From Nostoc sp. (lineage in GTDB: Bacteria > Cyanobacteriota > Cyanobacteriia > Cyanobacteriales > Nostocaceae), in NCBI GenBank assembly GCA_036918135.1, contig JBALDB010000048.1:146077-210076 (forward strand): a DNA stretch of 64,000 nt, given 5' to 3'. The notes under the pieces are model-generated. The model saw only the letters and a program-made list of their open reading frames with translations. It was not told where the DNA came from and ran no database searches. Both the position numbers and the translations under genes were made by a program. How positions within the stretch are numbered: position 1 is the stretch's first letter; every line of letters starts with the position of its first letter. Below, piece by piece: positions 52,306 to 62,388 of this stretch.

Positions 52306-53901
52306 ATGACCAAAGCACCTGTTGCTCCTGTGGTGCTAGTCATTTTAGACGGATGGGGCTACTGCGAGCAGACGCGAGGAAACGCTATTGTTGCTGCTAA
52401 AACTCCGATTATGGATAGTTTATGGGCAGCTTACCCGCATACCCTCATCCACACATCAGGAAAAGCCGTAGGGTTGCCAGAGGGTCAAATGGGCAACTCA
52501 GAAGTTGGTCATTTGAACATTGGTGCTGGGCGAGTGGTACCGCAAGAACTGGTACGCATCTCTGATGCGGTCGAAGACGGTTCCATTACCTTAAATCCAG
52601 CACTTGTGAAAATTTGCCAGGAAGTTCGCTCTCGAAATGGCAAGCTACATCTAATAGGGCTTTGTTCTGAGGGAGGAGTACACTCCCATATCACCCATCT
52701 GTTTGGACTACTTAACTTAGTCAAAGACCAGCGAATTCCAGAAGTTTGTATCCACGCGATTACCGATGGTCGTGACACCGCCCCAACTCAGGGCATCAAA
52801 GCGATCGCGCTTCTACAAGATTATATAGACCGCGTAGGAATCGGGCGTATAGTCACCCTTAGCGGTCGCTACTACGCGATGGATCGCGATCGCCGCTGGG
52901 ATCGGGTAAAACGCGCCTACGATGTCATGACGCAAGATGGTGTAGGTGATGGTCGCAAGGCTGTGGAAGTTTTGCAAGCATCTTACGCTGAAGGGGTAAA
53001 AGATGAGTTTGTTAACCCAACTAGAATTGCTCCTGGTGCGGTAGAACCAGGCGACGGAGTCATATTTTTCAACTTCCGTCCCGACCGCTCTAGACAACTG
53101 ACTCAAGCTTTTGTCAGTCGAGAATTTATCGGTTTTGAAAGACAGCAAATAACACCGCTGTCATTTGTCACGTTTACCCAGTACGACCCAGATTTACCCG
53201 TGGCTGTAGCTTTTGAGCCACAGAATTTCAATAATATTCTGGGACAAGTGATAGCCAATCATCAGCTCAAGCAATTACGTACCGCCGAAACAGAAAAATA
53301 CGCCCACGTTACCTATTTCTTTAATGGGGGTTTGGAAGAACCTTTTCCCGGAGAAGACCGAGAGCTAGTAAGCAGCCCAATGGTGGCGACTTACGACCAC
53401 GCCCCAGCGATGTCAGCAACAGCAGTTACAAATGTAGCGATCGCTGCCATTCAAAAGGGTTTATATTCTTTAGTTGTGATTAATTATGCCAACCCAGACA
53501 TGGTAGGGCATACTGGTCAGATTGAAGCTACCATTACAGCTATTGAAACAGTCGATCGCTGTTTGGGACGCCTATTAGAGAGCATTAGCAAAGCTGGCGG
53601 CACAACAATTATTACTGCCGATCATGGCAATGCTGAGCATATGCTAGATGAACAGGGAAATCCCTGGACAGCTCACACCACCAACCCAGTCCCCTTTATC
53701 CTCGTGGAAGGAGAAAAAGTCAAAATCCCTGGATATGGTACAAATGTCGAACTGCGAACCGATGGCAAGCTAGCCGACATCGCCCCCACGATTCTAGAGA
53801 TTTTACAGCTACCTCAACCACTAGAAATGACAGGGCGATCGCTGCTCAAAACAGCAGAATATGACCTGCAACGCACTCGTACCCCCGTGCAAGTAGGCTG
53901 A
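52306..53901 (+). CDS. gpmI: 2,3-bisphosphoglycerate-independent phosphoglycerate mutase
   Basis: ILDGWG; MGNSEVGH; GRYYAMDRD; DMVGHTG; TADHGN. Confidence 0.97.
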   Translation: MTKAPVAPVVLVILDGWGYCEQTRGNAIVAAKTPIMDSLWAAYPHTLIHTSGKAVGLPEGQMGNSEVGHLNIGAGRVVPQELVRISDAVEDGSITLNPALVKICQEVRSRNGKLHLIGLCSEGGVHSHITHLFGLLNLVKDQRIPEVCIHAITDGRDTAPTQGIKAIALLQDYIDRVGIGRIVTLSGRYYAMDRDRRWDRVKRAYDVMTQDGVGDGRKAVEVLQASYAEGVKDEFVNPTRIAPGAVEPGDGVIFFNFRPDRSRQLTQAFVSREFIGFERQQITPLSFVTFTQYDPDLPVAVAFEPQNFNNILGQVIANHQLKQLRTAETEKYAHVTYFFNGGLEEPFPGEDRELVSSPMVATYDHAPAMSATAVTNVAIAAIQKGLYSLVVINYANPDMVGHTGQIEATITAIETVDRCLGRLLESISKAGGTTIITADHGNAEHMLDEQGNPWTAHTTNPVPFILVEGEKVKIPGYGTNVELRTDGKLADIAPTILEILQLPQPLEMTGRSLLKTAEYDLQRTRTPVQVG

Positions 53902-54074
53902 TAAAAGAGTTAGGAGTTAAAAGTGAGTGATGAATTAAGTCTTTTTTAACTTTTGACTCCTGACTCTGCTAATTTTAGATTTTGAATTTTGAATTTTGGA
54001 TGAAACGAAAATCTAAAATCTAAAATTGAATAACTCGTGTTTTTTTAAACTTCTTAATAAATGAGATTGCTACC

Positions 54075-54308
54075 ATGATAGTTACTAGTATTGTGCAAGG
54101 CATTTGGGCATTTTCTGCTGTCGGTCTAATTATTTTGGTTTTGCTGCATAGCCCCAAAGGTGATGGTATTGGAGCCATTGGCGGACAAGCTCAACTATTT
54201 AGCAGCACTAAAAGTGCAGAAAACACCTTGAACCGAGTTACTTGGGCATTAACAGTCATTTTTCTGGGTTTAACAGTAGTTCTAAGTGCTGGTTGGCTGC
54301 CTAAATAA
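54075..54308 (+). CDS. secG: Preprotein translocase subunit SecG
   Basis: LVLLHSPKGDG...LNRVTW; downstream of gpmI. Confidence 0.95.
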   Translation: MIVTSIVQGIWAFSAVGLIILVLLHSPKGDGIGAIGGQAQLFSSTKSAENTLNRVTWALTVIFLGLTVVLSAGWLPK

Positions 54309-54325
54309 ACATAGGTGAGGGGGAG

Positions 54326-55123
54326 ATGAGGAACACAACACAATACCCAATATCTAAAACCCCAAAAAATTTAATTAGACAGCGATTATTAGCAGCCCTT
54401 GCCTTAAGTATAGGCACAGGGCTGCTAGTTATTTTTACTAACCTGGGGTATGGTGCATTGGGCATGGAAAGAGGTATGGGGCAGGGAGCAGGGGGCAGGG
54501 GAGAAAATTCCTCATTCCCCCTTGGTTCAAAACCTCATCCCCTACCACCTACACTCGCACAGTGGCAAGATAACACCAACAGTGGTGACTACTTTTCCCA
54601 AGTCAGAACAACTCAAGTTGGTTATTTAGTTTGGTCAAAATTTCCTATTCGAGTTTACGTAGAAACACCAAAAGCCGTTAATGAAAAACAAGCTCAAACA
54701 TGGGTTAACGGTGTCTTACAGGCTGTGCAGGAATGGAGTGCTTATTTGCCTTTGACAGTAATCCAACAGTCAGAAGTTGCTGATATTAGGATTCTGCGAA
54801 AAGCACCACCTCTACAAATTTCCCCAGGTAGTAATATACCTCGTGCGCGCTCGGCACAAACGACTTACGAGTTATACACCAACAATAATGTTTTATGCCA
54901 CCGCTTCAGCATCTTGCTAAGTCCCAGTCAAACGGGTGAATACATCCAAGCAGCAGTTCGCCACGAACTCGGACACGCCTTAGGAATTTGGGGTCATAGT
55001 CCGCTACAAACTGATGCTTTATATTTTTCCCAAGTTCGTAAACCATCGCCTATTTCTTTCCGGGATGTGAATACTTTGAAGCGAGTTTATCAACAGCCAA
55101 CTACTTTGGGATGGCCTATTTAA
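54326..55123 (+). CDS. Matrixin-like Zn metallopeptidase
   Basis: HELGHALGIWGHS zinc motif; N-terminal TM. Confidence 0.85.
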   Translation: MRNTTQYPISKTPKNLIRQRLLAALALSIGTGLLVIFTNLGYGALGMERGMGQGAGGRGENSSFPLGSKPHPLPPTLAQWQDNTNSGDYFSQVRTTQVGYLVWSKFPIRVYVETPKAVNEKQAQTWVNGVLQAVQEWSAYLPLTVIQQSEVADIRILRKAPPLQISPGSNIPRARSAQTTYELYTNNNVLCHRFSILLSPSQTGEYIQAAVRHELGHALGIWGHSPLQTDALYFSQVRKPSPISFRDVNTLKRVYQQPTTLGWPI

Positions 55124-55125
55124 GT

Positions 55126-55584
55126 TTAAGGTAACCAATTTTTATCCAAAATTTGCTCTAAGGCGTAAGGACATAATTCAGATAAATTAGTTAGCTTTGT
55201 TTTAGCCTTAACATAATCTAAGGCATTACTATAAATTATGCTGAAATTTTCCTCTAAATGATTACGTAAATTTGCACTCAAATCTTCATTAATTTGATTA
55301 CGAAAACTAATAATTTCCGCAACCCAATGAGCAGTATTTCTTGACTTTTCTAAATCCCAATATTGATAAAGCAATAAATGTCTAATAATCTGTTCCAACA
55401 GACTTCTGACTCGCCTTTTTTCATTTTTCGCCAAATCTTCCAGTTCTTCTATTAAGTTTTCATAGTCAACCTCTTCTAATTGCCTAGCTTTGAGACATTT
55501 AATAGTCTCTTCTAACCATTGCAGGTAATTGGATTTATATAATTCTGGAGTCAGTCGAACAGTCACAACTTCGCTTTGAGACAT
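55126..55584 (-). CDS. DUF29 domain protein
   Basis: LYKSNYLQWL; ENLIEELEDL; HLLLYQYW; CPYALEQILD..WLP. Confidence 0.88.
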   Translation of the reverse strand: MSQSEVVTVRLTPELYKSNYLQWLEETIKCLKARQLEEVDYENLIEELEDLAKNEKRRVRSLLEQIIRHLLLYQYWDLEKSRNTAHWVAEIISFRNQINEDLSANLRNHLEENFSIIYSNALDYVKAKTKLTNLSELCPYALEQILDKNWLP

Positions 55585-55729
55585 CAGCAACTCTCCTTTT
55601 ATCAGTCATTCTAACTTTGTATATTCGATGTATACAAGCGAATACTGATGAATAAAAGGTGTGTCTACATAATAAGATGAGCCTAAAAATACGTGGGCGC
55701 AGCCCGCCGTAGGCATCCCACTTTTTTGC

Positions 55730-56878
55730 CTACGCTCTGCGAGTGAGTGGTAAAGGTTGGTGTGTTAAAACTTGTTTATAAAGTTCTTCTAATAAAGTAA
55801 TATTCTTACTGAGGGTATAGCGGTCTAATACACGCTGTCTAGCTTTTTGCCCCAGTAATGTTGTTAACTCTGGATGATCTTGTAAAACTGGTAAGAGAGT
55901 TCTCAATTGCGATCGCACTGTTTTGGTATTAATAACTATACCCGCTCCCTTTTCTAATACTTCTCCATCTGCACCGACATCTGTTCCCAAACAAGCCACC
56001 CCAGATGACATTGCTTCTAACAAAGACAAAGATAGTCCCTCTACCATTGAAGGCAAAATAAACACATCTGCCCCACGCAAAATTTCGATGCGGCGAGCTT
56101 CAGCAGCAACAAATCCTAACCAAATAATTCCGTATTCCCAACCATAAAACGGCTCTAAAGAAGACTTCAAAGGCCCATCGCCAACAATCAAAAGCTTACT
56201 ATTAGCCTCCATTGGCGACTGCTTCCAAGCTCTTAAGAGAGCTTCCACATTTTTCTCTGGTGCTATCCGACCTTGATAAACAAACAAGCGTTGGGCTTTA
56301 AATTCTGCTTTGACTTGAGAAGCCCCTGGAGAATACTTAATCGTATCGACACCGTTGGGAATTACAGCGATATTTTCTTCTCTTACACCCATACGTGCCA
56401 ATAATTCCCGCTGAATTTGAGAAAATACAATCACGCGATTGTAGTTAACCAAAAAAGGCGCGTAGAGTTGATAAGCTAAAAGTTGTGTTCCGGATATCAG
56501 TTTTGCTCCTTTACCAGCAAAAGGTGTATGAAAGGTAGCAATTAAAGGTAACCTCAGTTCCTCACAGATTTCTGGTAGAACAAAGTCAAGCGGAGATAAG
56601 GTTAAGGAAGCATGGACGATATCTGGCTTAATTTTCCGCAGCGACTCGGTTAAAACTTTGGTCGCTTTCAAAGTGGGAATTGTGTAAACCTGGGATTTAT
56701 AAATAAAAGGCAGGGGAACTTCTTGGAGATTTGGCCAATTCTCAGGTTCTGATTCTTCTTGGGCGAAGTGGAGAAAACTGACTTGATGTCCCTTGTCTAG
56801 CAAGGCATTTGTAATTTCTCTACTGTAGGTAACATTACCGCAAAAGGGCGATTTTTTTCCAATCCAGGCTATACGCAT
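55730..56878 (-). CDS. Glycosyltransferase family 4
   Basis: IPNGVD; GRIAPEKN; PSMVEGLSLSLLEAM. Confidence 0.92.
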   Translation of the reverse strand: MRIAWIGKKSPFCGNVTYSREITNALLDKGHQVSFLHFAQEESEPENWPNLQEVPLPFIYKSQVYTIPTLKATKVLTESLRKIKPDIVHASLTLSPLDFVLPEICEELRLPLIATFHTPFAGKGAKLISGTQLLAYQLYAPFLVNYNRVIVFSQIQRELLARMGVREENIAVIPNGVDTIKYSPGASQVKAEFKAQRLFVYQGRIAPEKNVEALLRAWKQSPMEANSKLLIVGDGPLKSSLEPFYGWEYGIIWLGFVAAEARRIEILRGADVFILPSMVEGLSLSLLEAMSSGVACLGTDVGADGEVLEKGAGIVINTKTVRSQLRTLLPVLQDHPELTTLLGQKARQRVLDRYTLSKNITLLEELYKQVLTHQPLPLTRRA

Positions 56879-57222
56879 TCTTTATTCAGCTGTAAGAAAA
56901 GCGGGTTTGATATATCAGTTTTGCATCCTTTGTTGCTTTTATCGTGTTATACTTGCTAATTTTTATTTTTATATAAATAAATGCCAAAAATTAGTTTAAA
57001 AAGCTAATTTTTAGCTAATTAAACTGGTGAATTAATGGCTTTATTCATTCTCCTAATAAGTTGTTAATCTCTTATATTTCAACAACTTATTTTGGCTAAT
57101 GTCAGATTAATATCCGGCAAGTATGCGATAAATTTTGGCTGACCTTAGTTTAGCACGAACACAAATTTTTTAAGTAAGTTACTAATTATTTCAAGTTAAT
57201 GAATAATAGCTCCTATTGATAA

Positions 57223-58875
57223 CTACTTATGTGAGTTATACCAGGTTAATATTCCTCCAGAAAAAACGATCGCTGCTAATCCCAAAAAAACTACCTGTAA
57301 TCCCACAAAAGTTTCTGCTACACCAGCTAATGCTAAAGGTAAAGACAGAGCAATGTTAATTACATTGTTCTGTAGACCAAAAACTTTACCACGCATTTCT
57401 GGAGGTGTTTCTGTTTGGATTGCAGTTTGCATAGGAATGCCTACTAATGCCCCAAAGATACCTACTAAGGCTATAAGTAACAAAACTATCCACAAATATG
57501 TCGTAAATACTGAAATACCAATTAGGGATGCTGCCATACCGAAACAACCGCATAGACTTAGTTGGGTGTAAGAGAAGCGTTGACCAAATTGACCGAGAAT
57601 TGTTGCTCCAGCCGCAATTCCAACACCGCCCGCTGCAAGTAAAAAGCCGAATTGGGAAGCTTTCATATTGGGAATTATTTCTGCCATGCGAACGGCTAAA
57701 ACAGTTAACGCTGCGAACACAGAAAACAAGATAATTAGCTGGAGTAAAGCATTACGGACGCGATGATTGTCTTTGAGGTAGGCCAAACCATCTCGCAAGT
57801 CAGAAAATACGTGAGGGAATTCGGTTTCGAGTGCGTGAGGTTTTTCGTTAGTTCTCAGGAGGAACAAAATTATTCCAGCGATTGCATAACTGCCACCAAC
57901 TAAAAGTTCTTTGCCCAAACCATTACTACCACTAAATTGCAACCAAAGTCCATCAGCTATAGCTAACAAAGGTTCCCCAACAGCAAATCCAACAATTACC
58001 GATGCCATCATCGTTGTTGTGTAAAGCGAATTAGCCGAGAGTAAATGATGTTCTTCTACTACTAAAGGAATTGCTGCTTGTTCGGCTGGCGCAAAAAACT
58101 GTGTCAGTGTGGAAACTAAAAAAGTCACACCCAAGATAATTAAAAAACCCACTGGTAATACTCCTATGGGTTTCCAATCATGAGTCAACCACAACATCAA
58201 GGGAATTGACAAAACCAGGATACCGCGCCAAACATTCGTTGCCACGAGTACAACTTTTTTCGACCAGCGGTCTACAAATACACCAGCGACGGAACCAAAC
58301 AATACCGCCGGAATCGTAAAAGCCATCATCAAGGCTGACACCCATCCACTAATGCTCTGATTACTAGCCTGAAACTGTGTATTAATCAAGGCAATCATCA
58401 GCACCAAATAAACTTTATCTGCTAGTTGGCAGAAAACTTGACCGCCCCAAAGAGCCAGGAAATTAAAGTTTTTTAATACTGGCAAAAATCCCCGCTGTTT
58501 TACATTTTCTGAACCAGCTACATCTAATTTTGGTGGTTCTGTTTCTGGAATAGTGTTTACTGGGATCTGCCCATTGCTTAGGTCTAGCCCACTACAGGCA
58601 TCATTATTGTTATCTACCTCGCCAGTAGTTAATTGGTCTTTTGACGTTTCTGATTGATTTTGAACATGAGTTTTTGGTATTTCTTCTATCCCACTTTGGC
58701 CGTTTTGAGAAACGTCTTTTGGGGACATTTCTTGCCCGTTAATTTGATTAGCTGTAGACTTAGAGACAGCACTCGGGTGATTAGTTACTGTATGGTCTAA
58801 TGTCCTATTCTGTTTTTTACCGAGGCTTGGTGATAAAGGTAAAATTTTTCTATCAAAATCAGACGATTGCATCAT
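57223..58875 (-). CDS. MFS transporter with long polar N-terminal extension
   Basis: [24 protein letters not shown]; start overlaps the recO stop. Confidence 0.9.
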   Translation of the reverse strand: MMQSSDFDRKILPLSPSLGKKQNRTLDHTVTNHPSAVSKSTANQINGQEMSPKDVSQNGQSGIEEIPKTHVQNQSETSKDQLTTGEVDNNNDACSGLDLSNGQIPVNTIPETEPPKLDVAGSENVKQRGFLPVLKNFNFLALWGGQVFCQLADKVYLVLMIALINTQFQASNQSISGWVSALMMAFTIPAVLFGSVAGVFVDRWSKKVVLVATNVWRGILVLSIPLMLWLTHDWKPIGVLPVGFLIILGVTFLVSTLTQFFAPAEQAAIPLVVEEHHLLSANSLYTTTMMASVIVGFAVGEPLLAIADGLWLQFSGSNGLGKELLVGGSYAIAGIILFLLRTNEKPHALETEFPHVFSDLRDGLAYLKDNHRVRNALLQLIILFSVFAALTVLAVRMAEIIPNMKASQFGFLLAAGGVGIAAGATILGQFGQRFSYTQLSLCGCFGMAASLIGISVFTTYLWIVLLLIALVGIFGALVGIPMQTAIQTETPPEMRGKVFGLQNNVINIALSLPLALAGVAETFVGLQVVFLGLAAIVFSGGILTWYNSHK

Positions 58876-59890
58876 GGTTGGCAGCAAAATAAGAGTCAAT
58901 CAAGGTAGCAGAGCGAATAGGGCGGCCTAATTGATATTGAGCATACTGGCGTAAAATCTGCTCAACAGATAACCAGTTAGGATCTCTAGCACCATCAATT
59001 TGTACGATCTCTGGTTGCGATAGATGTTGAAGCAAAGCTAGTTCCATTGCACCAGGACGACTAGAAATCACAGGTATTTCTTGCCGATGGACAATAACTG
59101 TTTGGGCATTGGGAGTGGTGTTAGCGGTAGTGGGGTCTTTAGCCCGTGCTGTTAACGGTAGTGGGGCGTTTAGCTCGTCGTCCTGAGTACTGTTAGCAGT
59201 AGCGGGGCGTTTAACCCGTGCTGAGTTAGGAGTTACCATTATCTCCTCTACTCGTCTGTTCCCCATCTCTTCCTCTCTCCTTCTCCCCTTTTGTTGTTCT
59301 GTTCGCAAACGTTCCCAAGCTTCTAAACAAACCGTTCCACCAGCAGGGATGCTAAATCCTACTTGCCAGTTGGGGTTTGTAAAGTCTGGCGTAAGTAGTC
59401 GCCCAGACAAGCAACAAATTTGCACTTGTGGTGTCAGTCCTGCTAAGGCTAAAAGGTGAAAAACTCCATGAGCCAAATGAGCTAAAACACCAGATGTATT
59501 TCCACTAGACAACACCTCTAATCGATGGAGATGTTCATTGAATAACTCATAAAGTTCTTCTTGGGGTTGTTCGCTCAAAGCCTGACACAATACTATTTCT
59601 GCTAAATACTGGCTAGCAGCCAGTTTTCCCAAATCTTTGGCTAGACCCGGATAAGTTTTTAACGTCTGTGCTTGAGTTATTTTATCGAGCGATCGCCCTT
59701 TGGCAATCAATAGTTCATTAACAACAAACATACCGCTCCTACCACCCAAGCTTGAGTTGTGCTTGCGTGCCCCTGGAGCCACTGCTCGAATTAAACCGAA
59801 TTCTGGTGTCAAAATTGTCACTATCTTGTCCGATTCTCCGAGCGCCTGGGTTTTAAGATTAATTCCGGTTGCTTTGTAGGTTCTACTCAT
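58859..59890 (-). CDS. recO: DNA repair protein RecO (with repeat-derived in-frame insertion)
   Basis: [27 protein letters not shown] Zn region. Confidence 0.93.
   Translation of the reverse strand: MSRTYKATGINLKTQALGESDKIVTILTPEFGLIRAVAPGARKHNSSLGGRSGMFVVNELLIAKGRSLDKITQAQTLKTYPGLAKDLGKLAASQYLAEIVLCQALSEQPQEELYELFNEHLHRLEVLSSGNTSGVLAHLAHGVFHLLALAGLTPQVQICCLSGRLLTPDFTNPNWQVGFSIPAGGTVCLEAWERLRTEQQKGRRREEEMGNRRVEEIMVTPNSARVKRPATANSTQDDELNAPLPLTARAKDPTTANTTPNAQTVIVHRQEIPVISSRPGAMELALLQHLSQPEIVQIDGARDPNWLSVEQILRQYAQYQLGRPIRSATLIDSYFAANHDAIV
59119..59221. repeat. Three copies of a 31-nt small dispersed repeat inside recO
   Basis: Consensus TGTTAGCGGTAGTGGGGCGTTTAGCCCGTGC at 59119, 59150 and 59191. 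Confidence 0.85.
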
Positions 59891-60072
59891 TAGTCATTGA
59901 TTATTAGTCATTGGTCATTAGTGAATGACAAAGGACAAAAACAGAAGTCCGCTCAGCAGAGGGTTTCTCCATAAACGCCCGCAGAGCGGCTTGTCGTACT
60001 CCTGCAAAGAAGCAAGACTGGGCGTAGCGTCTTTTAGAGAACAGAAGGCATCAGAACTTCAAAGACAAATGA
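59891..60072. repeat. STRR arrays with nested small repeats between deoC and recO
   Basis: (TTAGTCA)n, GACAAA units, GAAGTCCG...CAGAACTTC, and GGCGTAGCGTCTTTTAGAGAA. Confidence 0.6.
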
Positions 60073-60753
60073 CTATTCACCTTTTTGCAGGTTATCGCGT
60101 TGGCGAATCAAATCGATACCGCGAGATGTGCCTAATCTTGTAGCACCTGCTACGATTAAGTCTAGAGCTTGATTGATAGTACGGATACTACCTGAAGCTT
60201 TAATTCCCACCTTTTCTTTGGCCAATTCCTTCAAAAGTCGCACATCTGCCACTGTCGCACCACCATTCCAACCAGTACTAGTTTTTAAGAAACTTGCTCC
60301 TGCATCCATAGAGATTTCAGCAGCGATTTTTTTCTCCGCATCTGTCAACAGGTTGGTTTCCAAAATAACTTTCACAGTTTGTCCAGTCTCCTCGCAAATT
60401 TCGGCAATCTCGCGATGAACTTGTTCCGTTTTGCCACCTTTCAACCAGCCCAAGTTGATTACTACATCTAACTCAGTAGCCCCACTTTCCACCGCTTCTT
60501 GAGCCTCATACAACTTGACTGCTGAAGTTGTCGCTCCAGCAGGAAAGCCAATCACTGTACAGACTTTCGGGTTCTTACCGTGGAGCAGTTCAACTGCTTG
60601 CTTCACATAGGCGGGGTACAGGCAAACCGCCGCAAAATTGAATCTGTATGCTTCTTCACACCATTGCTCAACTTGCTCTGTAGTAGCTGTTGGCGTTAAC
60701 AGGGCATGATCGATAAATGGCGCAATATCAATGTCTGGATAGTCTGCTGCCAT
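60073..60753 (-). CDS. deoC: Deoxyribose-phosphate aldolase
   Basis: CTVIGFP; VKVILET; KTSTG; IKASG; RLGTS. Confidence 0.97.
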   Translation of the reverse strand: MAADYPDIDIAPFIDHALLTPTATTEQVEQWCEEAYRFNFAAVCLYPAYVKQAVELLHGKNPKVCTVIGFPAGATTSAVKLYEAQEAVESGATELDVVINLGWLKGGKTEQVHREIAEICEETGQTVKVILETNLLTDAEKKIAAEISMDAGASFLKTSTGWNGGATVADVRLLKELAKEKVGIKASGSIRTINQALDLIVAGATRLGTSRGIDLIRQRDNLQKGE

Positions 60754-60924
60754 CGTGTCTTCTGCCAGTGATTGATTATTAAAGTTTCTAAAAAATTAAA
60801 ACATTTCTTATATATATATTAAACCACATTTATTACGAGTTTATTCTGAAAATAAGCTGCTGACTTAATTTTGGATACCAGTTTTGCACATGTCCCAGAA
60901 TTTATGTAAGTATTTAAGTTGACA

Positions 60925-62103
60925 TTAAGTGCCAGTAGGGCTAAGAATATCAACAGTGTTTGTGACGTCAGTTACTAAGAAGTTAAGAATAGTTTGAGCT
61001 AAGGCCTTTGATGCTAGGTATGGTACACCGTTACCAATAGTTTTAAACATATTCGTGAGCGACATCTGCTCTGGAAGTACAAAATTTGCAGGCAAAGATT
61101 GGATAGCTAAAGCTTCTGCAACTGAAATTCGCCGAAGTTTGTAAGGATGTAAATGTACTTCATTATTTCCATAGCAAGCTGTTGGAGAATAACGCCATCT
61201 ATGCAGGCGTTTAAAAGATTTTTTAGAATTATCTCCTTCCTCAATAGCAGCAAATTTTGTCATACCTGCTTTGGGTTGAAAATAGTGTTCAGCATTAGGA
61301 TGCTTATGAACATTATTTTTTTGAAACCAGTATTCAACTGTTAATTCTTGAGGAATGCCTTGAGGACAAGGCATAATCGAATTTTCTTGGAATGGTTCGC
61401 ACTTAGGCCAAGGGTGAGTAAAAATATTTTCTCGCTCGAATAAAATGTAATTATTCCAAGTAAAAAATTCTTCCTTTAGTGACTGATTTTTAATAAATTC
61501 TATTCTCATTTTCTTAAGAAAATTACTTTGAAATCCAATCAAAATAATTCTTTCTCTATCTTGTGGTACACCATATTCAATAGAATTAATTAACCGCTCT
61601 GTTAATATATATCCTGCTTCCTGTAATTGTTGCTTCAGCGATTCAAAAAATAAACGGTGCTTCTTCGTCTTCCACAAACCCTTAACATTCTCAAATAAAA
61701 AGAAATCTGGAACATTGTGACAAATCAATTCAATATAGGAAGCCGAAAGCTTGCCATTATCTCCCAAATATCCTTTATTTTTTCCCCCAATCGAAAAATC
61801 AGGACAGGGAGGGCCACCAATAAAGCCAATAATATTATGAGATTTGCGGCAGTCGATGACTAACTCTTGAAAGCGTTGTGCTGGGATTCCCTCAAACAGT
61901 TTGCTTACGTCTGCTGCTTCGCCGTCATGATATCCGTATTCTGGCAACCCTAGATTGAGAACCTGCCGTGAATAGCAGTATGCTGCCATGAATGAAGAAA
62001 AAATTTCATTAACATAAACAATGTTAAAACCACTGGTTTCAAAACCTAAATCGAGGAAACCTGAACCAGCAAAAAAAGAGAAAATACAAGGGCGATCGCT
62101 CAT
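60925..62103 (-). CDS. DNA (cytosine-5)-methyltransferase, orphan
   Basis: FAGSG motif I, GGPPCPDFS motif IV, ENV motif VI, QDRER motif VIII, IGNGVP motif X. Confidence 0.93.
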   Translation of the reverse strand: MSDRPCIFSFFAGSGFLDLGFETSGFNIVYVNEIFSSFMAAYCYSRQVLNLGLPEYGYHDGEAADVSKLFEGIPAQRFQELVIDCRKSHNIIGFIGGPPCPDFSIGGKNKGYLGDNGKLSASYIELICHNVPDFFLFENVKGLWKTKKHRLFFESLKQQLQEAGYILTERLINSIEYGVPQDRERIILIGFQSNFLKKMRIEFIKNQSLKEEFFTWNNYILFERENIFTHPWPKCEPFQENSIMPCPQGIPQELTVEYWFQKNNVHKHPNAEHYFQPKAGMTKFAAIEEGDNSKKSFKRLHRWRYSPTACYGNNEVHLHPYKLRRISVAEALAIQSLPANFVLPEQMSLTNMFKTIGNGVPYLASKALAQTILNFLVTDVTNTVDILSPTGT

Positions 62104-62388
62104 TTAATCACTAGTATTGTGAAATATTGGTATTAATTTCATCAAATTTAGGGTTTTTACTTACGTACCAATCCGAAATAAACACTTTAAATCCTCAATG
62201 AAATAGTAAAAAATATTCACACACTCCCTAAGGATTTAATATCAAAGTTTACTCAATCTTTAAGGAAAATCCCTGACAGAAAATGACTCGGAAGCCACAA
62301 TTAAATATAGGAGTTTCCAAGCTCCCAGAGATATTTAACACAAATATTGTCATTAAATAAAAACCGGGGTACTTGAGACTAATTTTCT

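Larger units (their letters stand above)
199..62099. repeat. HIP1 octamer GCGATCGC, highly iterated throughout
   Basis: Dozens of copies, e.g. 199, 482, 545, 765 ... 62092, inside and between genes. Confidence 0.95.

Noticed and set aside
59119..59221. Mini CRISPR array (three ~31-nt repeats)
   Set aside because: Spacers are 0 and 10 nt, the repeats lie inside recO, no cas genes are present, and the same unit is dispersed elsewhere
247..61344. Many short ORFs overlapping real genes (e.g. 247, 747, 4011, 5467, 8674, 11802, 16955, 21936, 26040, 35273, 47842, 52813, 60173)
   Set aside because: Antisense or alternate-frame shadows with no recognisable motifs
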